In this document: one piece after another, positions 47,240-58,063 of the stretch
Numbering within the stretch: the stretch's first letter is position 1
Layout: every line of letters begins with the position of its first letter
Virus record (IMG/VR): IMGVR_UViG_3300037067_011443
Strand: one strand, 5' to 3'
DNA length: 59,238 bases
Origin: an uncultured virus (IMG/VR IMGVR_UViG_3300037067_011443)
Lineage: Duplodnaviria > Heunggongvirae > Uroviricota > Caudoviricetes
The notes under the pieces: generated by a model
Told to the model about the DNA's origin: nothing
Databases searched by the model: none
What the model saw: only the letters and a program-made list of their open reading frames with translations
Made by a program: the position numbers and the translations under genes

Positions 47240-49293
47240 GAAATAAGGTTTGGATATTTGATAGTAATAGAAGGAAATATGAAGATGATAAAGGTAATAA
47301 ACTTGATAGATGTTGGTACAGGTATCATTTCACTGAAAAATATATTATAGGAGAAACTACACAAAGTTGGATAGTAGGATATAAGAATAACTCAGTTGAT
47401 GATAGGTCTAATTATAAAGTAAATAAAAAGACATTAAACTATTCAACTACAAATTTAGTAGCTCATGATGGGAAACTATATATATCAGAAGAAGAAATTA
47501 ATGAAAAATGTTGGCTTAATGATAATAAAGGAAATATACGTGAAAGAGTGTCAAGATGTTCTGATTATGAAAAGTTAAAGAAAATTGAAGAAATTTTAAA
47601 TAGTTGATATAAAAATTGTTCTATTATGTTATACAAAGGGAGTGATTGTTATGAAAGGGGTAAGAATTAATGCAATGGCAACTATTAATCGAGGTATATT
47701 TAAAGATATAATAGGTAAGGTAATTGCTTTTGATAGTGAAAAAGATGAAGTAATAATTGATGTTGATATATATGCAAAAGTTATTATTGATTCAGAAAGT
47801 ATTGACCAAATTTAGTTATGCTTTAGAAACTATGTTTTATGTTATGTGGAGGAGTTATGGCACAGGATTGTCAAGTATTAAAAGACCAATTTAATAATAC
47901 TATTATATGTGAAAGAAATATTGGTGGTTTGGATTATTATTTTATTGTACTTCCTATGGGAGATAATGATAAAAGAAAAACTTTTAATTCATGGGATTCT
48001 GCAAAGAAATATTTAAATTCATTTTTCCCAAGGAAGAGATTAAAGTTTGAAGAAATATAACATAGATTCTTTATTCTGTTAATAAATTTAGAGAGGAGAA
48101 ATGAAAAATTTTGAAAAATATTAAAGATTATATTAATAGTATTACAAAATCTGATGATATAACTATTCACTATGGTATAAATGGCATAGATAAAGCTGAT
48201 AATATAGAAAATTTCCTTATAAATTATAGTGATATTAATGTAGATAAGAATGGTGATTGTTATAATTCAAATTATCAAATTATTTGGGGTATGTATATTG
48301 TAAAAACAAATAACTATGGATTAGTTTACTAAAAGTTCAATTAAATCTATTATTGTAATTTGAGTGAAAGGAATAAAAATATGATAAAAATAGGAAAAAT
48401 ATTTAGTGGTTGGTATGGTGGACATTATGAAGATACTGGATTATTTGAAACAAAGAAAGATGCAGAACGTGGAATAAATTGTGATGATAGACTATATGAA
48501 TTATTTTCAGAATATGAAGGGAAGAAAATTAAAGTAACAATTGAAATAGTAGAAGAATGATATAAATCTGCTATTTAATTTAAAAATTTAAAGGAGGAAA
48601 AATTATGGATACGCTACATACTTTTATGCCGACAATTGAAGTAAGTGATTATGAAGGAAAAGATATATTGACATATCAATCACTAATAATGCCTAAAATT
48701 GGAGAATGGGTTTCTTATAAGGATTCTAAAGGTTTTAATATGCAAGCTAAAATATCTCAAATTAATCATGAAATTGTGCAAGGTAATGTTGTTAATATAT
48801 GCAAAAGAATTTTTGTTACAGTAGATGATATTGAGAGTGTTTAAAGAGAGGTTAAATATGGGTAAAAATAAACCAAGACATGATCCAGACAAAAAACAAA
48901 ATAGATATAGTGAATGGTGTTCTTATGCGGAAGAGTATAGTGATGGTTCAATATATTGTGAATGTGGTTATGGAGATGCTAAAATATGTAAAGGGAATAG
49001 GCACAACTGTATAAAAGTTAAATATAAAAAACTAGCTTGTAGAAGTGATAAGCAGAAAAATGAAGGATGATATATAATGAATAGTAATGATAGAAAACAG
49101 CTTAGAAAAATATGTTGTGAAGAGCATTCAGATATTATTAAAGGTAGAAGAATGACAGATTTTGAAAGTAAAATATTTCATGGATGGACAGATATTTTAA
49201 ATGGAATAAGTGAAGAAGAATTAAACGAAATATTTGAAAGTTATATTAAAAAATGAATAAAACTTATATTCTATTATAAGTGAGGTGATTAAA

Positions 49294-49617
49294 ATGAATA
49301 TAGGAAAGAAAATTACAGAATTACGATTGCTAAATGGAATAAAATCAATTACAGCTTTATCCAAAATATCTGGATTATCACAGTCTTACATTAGTCAAAT
49401 TGAGAATGGTACTAGAAAATGTCCATTAGAATCACTTAATTCTATTTGTGAGGCATTAAATATATCTATGAGTGATTTTTTTAAAGATGCTGAATTAAGT
49501 AAGAAACAATTAGAGTATATTAACGTAATTAAATTAGCAGAATCATTTGGAATTACTACAAAAGACTTAGAACAGTTAATACAAATAATAGCTAAAACTA
49601 AAGGGTATAATGCATGA
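49294..49617 (+). CDS. XRE-family transcriptional regulator
   Basis: IGKKITELR...SGLSQSYISQIENG...PLESL..ICEALNISMSDFF. Confidence 0.9.
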   Translation: MNIGKKITELRLLNGIKSITALSKISGLSQSYISQIENGTRKCPLESLNSICEALNISMSDFFKDAELSKKQLEYINVIKLAESFGITTKDLEQLIQIIAKTKGYNA

Positions 49618-50266
49618 GAATTAGAGTTATAGAAAACTTAGATGATTGGTACATACTTAAATTAGCTATAATAGAGAAAAATTATAGACTTTATTCAATG
49701 CAATATCGTTGGACTGAATCAGAAGGCTTCCATGCTTGGTTCTTTAAAGATAATAAAAATGTTGAGGTTGTAACACACTGTAAGGAAGTACAAGATGATA
49801 TAATAGGAAGTGAATTAACTTAAAGTATATTTTAAGTCTATTACGTACCAAAGGAGGTTATATGAGTGAGATATGTCAATTGTTTGCTTGCGTTTATGCT
49901 TTAAAAAATGGATGCTCCATAAATGGTTGGATGGATAATGAGGGCGAACTAAACGGCAAAAAATGCCATTGTAACATTTATGATGTGATGTGCATAACCG
50001 CAAAATGCAAAGCTTGTGGGCATGAAGGTATAGAGGGATGCAAAAAAGTTTAATTTGTAGTTAGAAGGAGTAAGAGTATGAAAAAATGTGTTGAATGTGG
50101 TGGAATATGGAATGATAAGGAAGTAAGAGCCTATGAAATACACGTTTCCTCCAATCTTCCACCTGTTGAATATGTAGGCGATATGTGCCCTAAATGTAAG
50201 GCAAATGTAGAAGATGCATAGTTTGATTACATTAAGCCTGAAGGGCAGAAAGGAAGGAAAAATATA

Positions 50267-51238
50267 ATGCCAACTGGAAAACAAATAATAACATTACTTA
50301 AAGGAATAGCTTATAAGCAATATAAGGCAGTAAATTCAGTAGCCAATGAAATGGCTGAATACGAAAATGAAAAAGGGCATACCGAGCTTGCAGCACAAAT
50401 AAAATCTTTATGTAATATTATTACCGAAAAGAACCTGCAAAGCTTTAAGGCACTTCCTGTAGATAATGATTCCAGAAGAAATTTAATGGAGCTGAAAAAA
50501 TATAACATTCCACTGAATAAAGTTATAGTCTCAGATGCCAATATGCAAAAACTTAATAAATTCTTTATCGAGTACAATAATAGGGATTTATTTATACCTT
50601 ATGACATAAGGGCAAATCATAGACTATTATTTTGTGGAGAATCTGGATGCGGTAAAACTACATTAGCGAAAGCAATTGCAACAGAACTTAGTTATGAAAT
50701 GCTTTATGTGGATTTATCAGCGGTAATAACAAGTTACCTCGGTAAAACTTCAAACAACTTATGTAGATTGTTTGAAACTGCTGGGGAGCAGCCTTGCGTC
50801 CTATTTCTTGATGAATTTGATGCATTAGCTAGGAGTAGAAACGAAAAAGGACAGGATGTTCAAGAAATGAAACGAGTAGTAAATACGCTTCTGCAAATAC
50901 TTGATAATTTTGATAATGAAACCATAATTATTGCAGCTACAAACTTGGAGGATACAATAGACAAGGCGATATTTAGACGGTTTGATGATGTATTATACTT
51001 CAAAAAGCCTGAGAATAAGGATATTAAAAATACAATATACCTAAAAATGCAGGATTACAAATTTGATTTAGAAGTACTTTCTGAATTAGACAAACTTACT
51101 GGTCTTACATACGCTGACATAGAACAAATATGCCATACAAGTCTAAAGCACTGTATTATAAACAAGATTCCGGCTGTAACAAAAGATATATTTACAATGG
51201 CTATTGAATCTCAGAAAAGTAGGAACAAAGTCGCTTGA
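50267..51238 (+). CDS. AAA+ ATPase (type usually paired with an S8 protease)
   Basis: GESGCGKT Walker A, LFLDEFD Walker B, EMKRVVNTLLQILD, AATN, IFRRFD. Confidence 0.88.
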   Translation: MPTGKQIITLLKGIAYKQYKAVNSVANEMAEYENEKGHTELAAQIKSLCNIITEKNLQSFKALPVDNDSRRNLMELKKYNIPLNKVIVSDANMQKLNKFFIEYNNRDLFIPYDIRANHRLLFCGESGCGKTTLAKAIATELSYEMLYVDLSAVITSYLGKTSNNLCRLFETAGEQPCVLFLDEFDALARSRNEKGQDVQEMKRVVNTLLQILDNFDNETIIIAATNLEDTIDKAIFRRFDDVLYFKKPENKDIKNTIYLKMQDYKFDLEVLSELDKLTGLTYADIEQICHTSLKHCIINKIPAVTKDIFTMAIESQKSRNKVA

Positions 51239-51523
51239 ACAAGGACGTGATACAAATAGATTATGAGCAAATCGGTATTCTATCTTAATTGAAAGGAGGT
51301 TAATATGAAAAAATATATTATTGAAGACACCGTAAATCCTGAAGATGGTAAATATGTTGATAATCGTTTTAACGGTACAAATGATATAATTAAAGCTAGA
51401 AAATATAATAACTATGATGAAGCAAGAAAAGAAATACTAGAAACTTTTGATAGACCTTTTGATTTTAAAATTCAAGAAATTGTTATGAATTAGACATTTT
51501 AATCTAAGTGAGGAGAAAAAAAT

Positions 51524-51889
51524 ATGAAAAGAGATATGGAGTTAATAAGAAAAATATTATTGACTATTGAAGAAACTGATGATTATCCCATTTACAATTT
51601 AGATATTGAAGGTTATAGACCTAGTGTGGTTGAATATCATTGCAGTATTTTGTTTGATGCTGGCTTAGTATATGACTATATAAACATATGTGGGCTAGGA
51701 GATGATGATGAGTGTGAATTTGGAATTAGTAGGTTAACTTGGGAAGGACATGAATTTTTAGAAACAGCAAAAGATGATTCTAGATGGAAAAAGGCTATGG
51801 AGGTTGTAAAAGAAAAAGGCGGTAATATAACTTTAGATATATTGAAACAATTACTAATACAATTAATGAAAACCACATTTTTGGGATAA
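51524..51889 (+). CDS. DUF2513 family protein
   Basis: MKRDMELIRKILL...YH...RLTWEGHEFLE. Confidence 0.88.
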   Translation: MKRDMELIRKILLTIEETDDYPIYNLDIEGYRPSVVEYHCSILFDAGLVYDYINICGLGDDDECEFGISRLTWEGHEFLETAKDDSRWKKAMEVVKEKGGNITLDILKQLLIQLMKTTFLG

Positions 51890-52191
51890 AATGTGGATTT
51901 TAAATAATAATAAAAGGAGTTATTTAATTGTATAAAGTAATATATATATATATGATTTAGATGGTTTGAATCTTTTTTAAAAGAAGCAGACAAAGAAGGT
52001 TATAAAATAATTAGTGTTACAGAAACAGAAATATATTATACTATAATTTATGAATGTGAATAGAAACATCATTTGCTTATAAAATATAATGTATTATAAA
52101 TATAATTTTTATGCTTGACAATATTTACTAGTAAGTATATAATTGTATTATAAGGATGTTTTAATAAAATAAATTTAGAGGAGAATATATA

Positions 52192-53436
52192 ATGATTAAA
52201 AACAAAGTTAAATGTTCTTTTTGTGATAAGAACGAAGATGAAGTTATAAAATTAATAAAAGGAACAGCCGAAATATATATATGTGATGAATGTATATCTT
52301 TATGTAGTGATATTCTTGAAAGTGAGAATATAAAAAATAATTATCATAATTTCAATATAACTGACATTCCTACACCAAAGAAGATAAAAGAATTTCTTGA
52401 CCAATATGTAATAGGTCAATATGATGCTAAAAAGACATTGGCTGTAGCAGTTTATAATCATTATAAAAGAATCAATCAAAAGAAATCTAAAGATGATATT
52501 GAGTTACAAAAGAGTAATATATTAATGCTAGGAAGTACAGGAGTTGGAAAAACATTTTTAGCACAAACTATAGCTAAAATGTTAAATGTTCCTTTTGCTA
52601 TAGCTGATGCAACAACTTTGACTGAAGCAGGATATGTTGGTGATGATGTTGAAAATATATTATTAAGACTAATCCAATCAGCAGATTATGATATTGAAAA
52701 AGCTGAAAAGGGTATTATATATATTGATGAAATTGATAAAATAGCCCGTAAGTCAGAAAATCCTTCTATAACTAGAGATGTTAATGGTGAAGGTGTACAA
52801 CAAGCATTATTAAAAATATTGGAGGGAACAGTATCAAAAGTTCCACCTCAAGGTGGAAGAAAACATCCAAATCAAGAATGTATAAATATTGATACTACAA
52901 ACATTTTATTTATATGTGGTGGTGCTTTTGATGGTATTGAAACTATATTAAAAAAGAAAAATACTAAATCAAAGGGTATTGGGTTTGGTGCTGAAGTGAC
53001 AAGTAAAAATGATAATAATAGTAATGAATTATTATCTACTATAGACTCACAGGATATAATTAAATATGGATTAATTCCTGAACTAGTAGGTAGATTACCT
53101 ATTATTACTACATTACAAACTTTAGATAGGAATACTTTATTGCAGATACTAACAGAACCTAAAAACGCCATAATTAAACAATATATAAAACTATTTGAAA
53201 TTGATAATATAAAGCTAGAATTTGAAATAGAGGCATTAGAATCTATTGTAGATAAAGCTATTAATAGAAATACTGGTGCTAGAGGTTTAAGGTCTATAAT
53301 TGAAGACTCTATGAAAGATGTTATGTTTGAAGTTCCAGACATGAAAGATGCTTATAAGATTGTTATTACAAAAGAAGTTATTGATGGTACTGGAAGTACT
53401 TTAATATTTAATAAACAAAATAATATGATTGCATAG
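52192..53436 (+). CDS. clpX: ATP-dependent Clp protease ATP-binding subunit ClpX
   Basis: CSFC/CDEC Zn domain, [36 protein letters not shown] loop, GARGLR; own promoter at ~52114. Confidence 0.97.
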   Translation: MIKNKVKCSFCDKNEDEVIKLIKGTAEIYICDECISLCSDILESENIKNNYHNFNITDIPTPKKIKEFLDQYVIGQYDAKKTLAVAVYNHYKRINQKKSKDDIELQKSNILMLGSTGVGKTFLAQTIAKMLNVPFAIADATTLTEAGYVGDDVENILLRLIQSADYDIEKAEKGIIYIDEIDKIARKSENPSITRDVNGEGVQQALLKILEGTVSKVPPQGGRKHPNQECINIDTTNILFICGGAFDGIETILKKKNTKSKGIGFGAEVTSKNDNNSNELLSTIDSQDIIKYGLIPELVGRLPIITTLQTLDRNTLLQILTEPKNAIIKQYIKLFEIDNIKLEFEIEALESIVDKAINRNTGARGLRSIIEDSMKDVMFEVPDMKDAYKIVITKEVIDGTGSTLIFNKQNNMIA

Positions 53437-53448
53437 GAGGAGTATATA

Positions 53449-54000
53449 ATGGTTAATAATACATATTTTAATTCAGATAATAAAGATATTGTTGAGGATT
53501 TGTCAAATTATTTATATAAACTTATTGTAAATATAAATTTGAATTATAAAGATATAGTTATATTATGTATTGGTACAGATAGGTCAACAGGTGATAGTTT
53601 AGCTCCAACATTAAAATATAACAATACATATGTTTTGGGAAATTTAGATAATCCTGTTCATGCGAAAAATCTTGATAAAACAATATATGAAATATATGAA
53701 AAATATGAAAATCCTTTAGTGATTGCGATTGATGCTACATTAGGTGAAATTGAGAATGTTGGATGCATAAAAGCAAAATATGGTTCAATAAAAGCAGGTT
53801 CAGGAGTAGGAAAAGAATTGCCCTCAATAGGTAACATATCTATTGTAGGAGTAGTTAATTTTAATGGAGTAGATAATTTTTCAATTCTTCAAAATACTAG
53901 ATTAAGTGTTGTTATGAAAATGAGTGAAATTATTGCAGATAGTATTAAAAATGTATTAGTTAAGTTTAAGAATGATAAATTAGTAACTATGATTGCATAA
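53449..54000 (+). CDS. yyaC: YyaC (DUF1256) GPR-like spore protease homologue
   Basis: CIGTDRSTGDSL, PVHAKNL, IAIDATLG, LQNTRL. A few residues after GDSLAP appear to be missing. Confidence 0.88.
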   Translation: MVNNTYFNSDNKDIVEDLSNYLYKLIVNINLNYKDIVILCIGTDRSTGDSLAPTLKYNNTYVLGNLDNPVHAKNLDKTIYEIYEKYENPLVIAIDATLGEIENVGCIKAKYGSIKAGSGVGKELPSIGNISIVGVVNFNGVDNFSILQNTRLSVVMKMSEIIADSIKNVLVKFKNDKLVTMIA

Positions 54001-57000
54001 ATATAAAATAAATTGGAGGTTATATATTATGACAGAATATCAAAGAATAGAAAAATGTCCATGTATGAAATTAGATGGGAATAAATTAATATGTGGCAAT
54101 ATGGAAAGACATGATAGAACACAATGTTGTGAATTATATATTATAGGGTTTGATGAAGATGGATTTTTAACAGCAGTATGTGCTTATGATTGGTCTATAA
54201 TAAAAATGTATTCTGATGGAAGTTTTGAACATTGTGGTAAGTTGCAAGAAAGTTTAGCAACAATCAAAGATAACCCTGACATAATTCTTAAAAATTCACA
54301 AGTAATGACTATTTCAGAAATAAGTAAGGCTTTGGGGAAGAATATAATTGTTAGAGAACATATTGGGAAAGAGAAATATAGATATTAATATGAAATTTGG
54401 ATTTGATATAAAGAGAGGATAGAAAATTATGAATAATGAAATTAGTTCAGTAATTATGTTTGGAATATTATTTGGATGGATACCACTATTAGCATTTGGT
54501 CATGCTATATCATTCATTATAAGAGCATATAGGCATACTATAGACATCTCAGTAGAGAGTATTGTTGTGAATACTAATAGTATAGAAAGTTTGGATGAAG
54601 ATATGGTTGATAAAATAGTTTTAAATAATATAACTAAGAAGGGAGAATGATATGAAAGAAATAACAGTTTATAAATGTCAATGTGGTGAAATATATGAAC
54701 ATAAAAATCTAATTACTATATGTAAATATTGTGGTATAGAAATCTGCCCAGAGTGTGGTGGATTTGAAGATGGACTATGTTGGAATTGTAACGATGAACT
54801 TTGCAAAATAATTGATAATGTTGAAAATGATACTTTATTTGAAGAACATAGTAGACAATTAATTGCAGAATTTAAAAACAAATACAATCAAATGAAAGAG
54901 TTAGGACAATTGTTATAAAAGATTCATTTGGTTCACAAAATAATTTAGAAAGGAGTATAGATTATGATAGTAACATCATGGGTTTTATTAGTTATGTTTG
55001 CAGTTATAGGATTAACATTTTTAAGAAAAATGTTTGTTGGAAGGCTTAATAGGTTAGAATTATTTTTAATGTTGTTAAGTATTGTTGTGTCTGCTTTAAG
55101 TGCAGGAGTAATTTTTGGTGGTTTATTAAAATAGAACTTGTATTTTGTAGTGAGATTAAAAGAAGAAAGGAGTAAATTAAATTATGAACAATATACATAT
55201 TCAAATTGAAAGAAAAGAAAATGAAAATTATATTCCAGAATTTCCATTTATGTTTGTTAGTGGGTGTGATTTATATATGACAATATATGATAGTTCTATA
55301 AAAAAATATAAAGTAATCAGATTAAGTAATGGATACGTTCAAACTAATTTTGAGGGCAATAGTATAGATGAATTATTGGATTGTATTAATGATGGCAGCA
55401 ACACCTTAATGGACGTGAGTATTGTAGCAAAAGAATTAGAATAAATCATCCATTTCATGATATGGATAAAAAGGAGCTAAACATGAGTAAAAAATATACT
55501 ACAAGTTATTTAGATATATTTGATAAGTATCCAATAACAAGTAAGGAAACAGGGCTAGAGTATAGGGTTAAAATAATGCCTTATCATCAATCTATTGATA
55601 AATATTCGGAAGGTTGTATAGTTACTCTATATAAAAAGAGATTCCTTTTTGATAAAGAATTGATAAATAGATATTTTAACAACAATAATAGTAAAATAAA
55701 TATTGAATATTTATATAGTAGTGATAAAGAAACAGATTATGATTATAATATGATTGAAATGACTAGATTAATTGTTAATTTGTACGAAGAAACTATTAAA
55801 AAGAAATTAAAAAATACAAAACAAGTTAATACAGATTTTGAAGATTTTAATAATTGGAATGGTGAGGTATAAATATGAAAAAATTCAAATGTACGGTAGA
55901 AAGAACAGATGAATACATAATTGAGTTTGATGAAAATGTTATTAATGATGAATTTTTAAAAGGGTTTAGTGGTTATATTTTTCATGTAGAAGATTTAATT
56001 GATTTAGCAGAGCATATAGCACAATTTAGAGCTAGATTTGGAGAAGGTTTTATAGAGGGTATAGGTAGACCATTAGAAGATGGAGAAAGACCAGCTTTCG
56101 CAAATGAAAAAGAATTAATTAGAGCTATTAATATAAATGTAGTTAGTGAAGATAATGATATTTATGTAGCTGTTAAGGAGGAGGAATAATATGGGAGAGT
56201 TACTTACTAAAAGTGAAAATGATGAGTTAATAAAAAGAATTAATAATGGGGACACCTTATTAGGCAAAATTACAGATGCTTATAATGAAGTAGCTATGGA
56301 CTATAACAAAGCATCCAGTGAAAGAGAATCAATGAAAGTAGTTATTAAACAATTATTAGGATGGGCTAAAGAAGAAGGGTTAGATATTCCCTATGAGAAA
56401 TGGGATGAAGTTGTAGATAAAGCACATGACGATGATACTTTCTTTACTGAAATGTTAAGTTGGTTTATAGACCACATGAATGATTTTGGTGAAAATTATG
56501 GTTTAGAAATGGAGGAAAACTAAAATGGATATAAGTAAAGAATCAGGTAGAGTAAGTGCTTACAAATTAACTAGATTTATTAAAGACAAACAATTAGAAG
56601 AAACAGTATTTATACCACAATTTGAATATATTACATATGAATGTGGAACAGGCGATTTAATTGAATCAAAATTTCTATGCATTGAAGATGGATACAATAT
56701 AAGTGGATTAGCTGAATTTAACACTGAATTTGAAGCTTTACAGTTTGCCTTAGAGTATAGAGATAATTTGGAATTTTAAAATGAAAAATCAATTTTAATC
56801 ACTTTTTCAGGAGGAGGAATAAGTTATGAGACAATATTTATATATATATAATAAAGAAGATACAATCTATAGTGCAAACACATTTGCAAATATGGTCTTA
56901 AATAATGAAATTAAAAAAGATAAGTTAATAAAAATTAAGAATTTTGTATGTAAAGAATATGGTAGATTCATATTTAACAATGAAATATATAATATAGGAT

Positions 57001-58063
57001 ATAATGTTTTGAAAGATAATATAAATTATATTGCTGTATGTAAATCATGATAGAAAGTTGATTTTAAGTACTTTTAGAAAGGAGATAGTAATGGCTAGAA
57101 CTGATAACCATCAAGATATATTAGACCAATTTGAAAGTCAGAATGGTCAGCCTTGGAAGAAAGAGCAGAAATACTTCATATCCTATACCGCTTATACTGG
57201 AATAAGAACGGATTTTCTAAATAGGATTATACATACACAAGATGATATAACTGAAGATTTAATTGAAAAAATTCAAGATTCTTTATAACAATTAAATGTA
57301 AATAGACAAGAAGATTTATTTTTTGGAGTTCAAATTATTAATATAGTTAAAATATAAGAAATAATAGGAGAAAATAATATGGGAGTAAGAGCGTTAGAAG
57401 GTAATTATGATTTTTATGAATTACTACAAGATATTCCTTCTATAGATGTAGGAGCAATATTCTATTGGGATAAAAATGATACTGTATATGGTAGTGTAGC
57501 TGAAGGTTGTTTAAAACTATGTTGGACTCCTAATGGTAATTGCTATAAAGGTGAAGGAAATTGTGGTTTATGTGGTGATACTATTATTTTTCATGCAAGT
57601 GCTAGAACAAATATCAAATGGTTTAAGTTAATACAAGAATCAATTAAAATTAAAGAAAATATACCAGAAATGACAATAGGTGATATTGAAAATGAGTTAG
57701 GATATAAATTTAAACTTGTGACCAAATAACTGATTTATTACAAAAAGGAGAATAAAAAAATGAAATATAGTAAGAGACCATTGTGGAGTGATTATTGTAA
57801 AATAAAAAATGAACAATATAAAATTATTGATAATATGATTACAATTTATAAAAGAATTAGTGTATATCATCAAATTCAAATTACTAATTTTTATCAAATA
57901 CAATCAAAGAATGAAATAAACAAAGGGAATGAATTTAAAGTTGATTATGGTGATTTTTGTACCGTTCTAAAATTTCATGAATCAATGAATGGTCAAACTA
58001 TTGTAATTGAAGAATATTATGGTTGTTAAAATAAATTATAATTTTTGGGAGGATAATATAAAA

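Larger units (their letters stand above)
2963..57066. repeat. dispersed 16-bp imperfect palindrome T(A/G)(A/G)A(A/T)-N6-TT(T/C)N(A/G) at gene boundaries (~40 copies)
   Basis: Examples: 3090 TAGAActggtaTTTTA, 9138 TAGAAagcaagTTTTA, 26479 TGAAAtagtggTTTTA, 30708 TAAAAtgcgagTTTTA, 51887 TAAAAtgtggaTTTTA, 57051 TAGAAagttgaTTTTA. Confidence 0.75.

Noticed and set aside
3153..57357. Stop-codon reassignment suggested by in-frame TAA codons
   Set aside because: TAA, TAG and TGA all end well-recognised genes at the expected positions; the internal stops are rare.
470..57903. Minus-strand ORFs in the supplied track (e.g. 52872..53342, 16711..17040, 51676..51993)
   Set aside because: Nearly all are antisense shadows of + strand genes, with Ile/Phe/Ser/Leu-biased composition and no convincing RBS.
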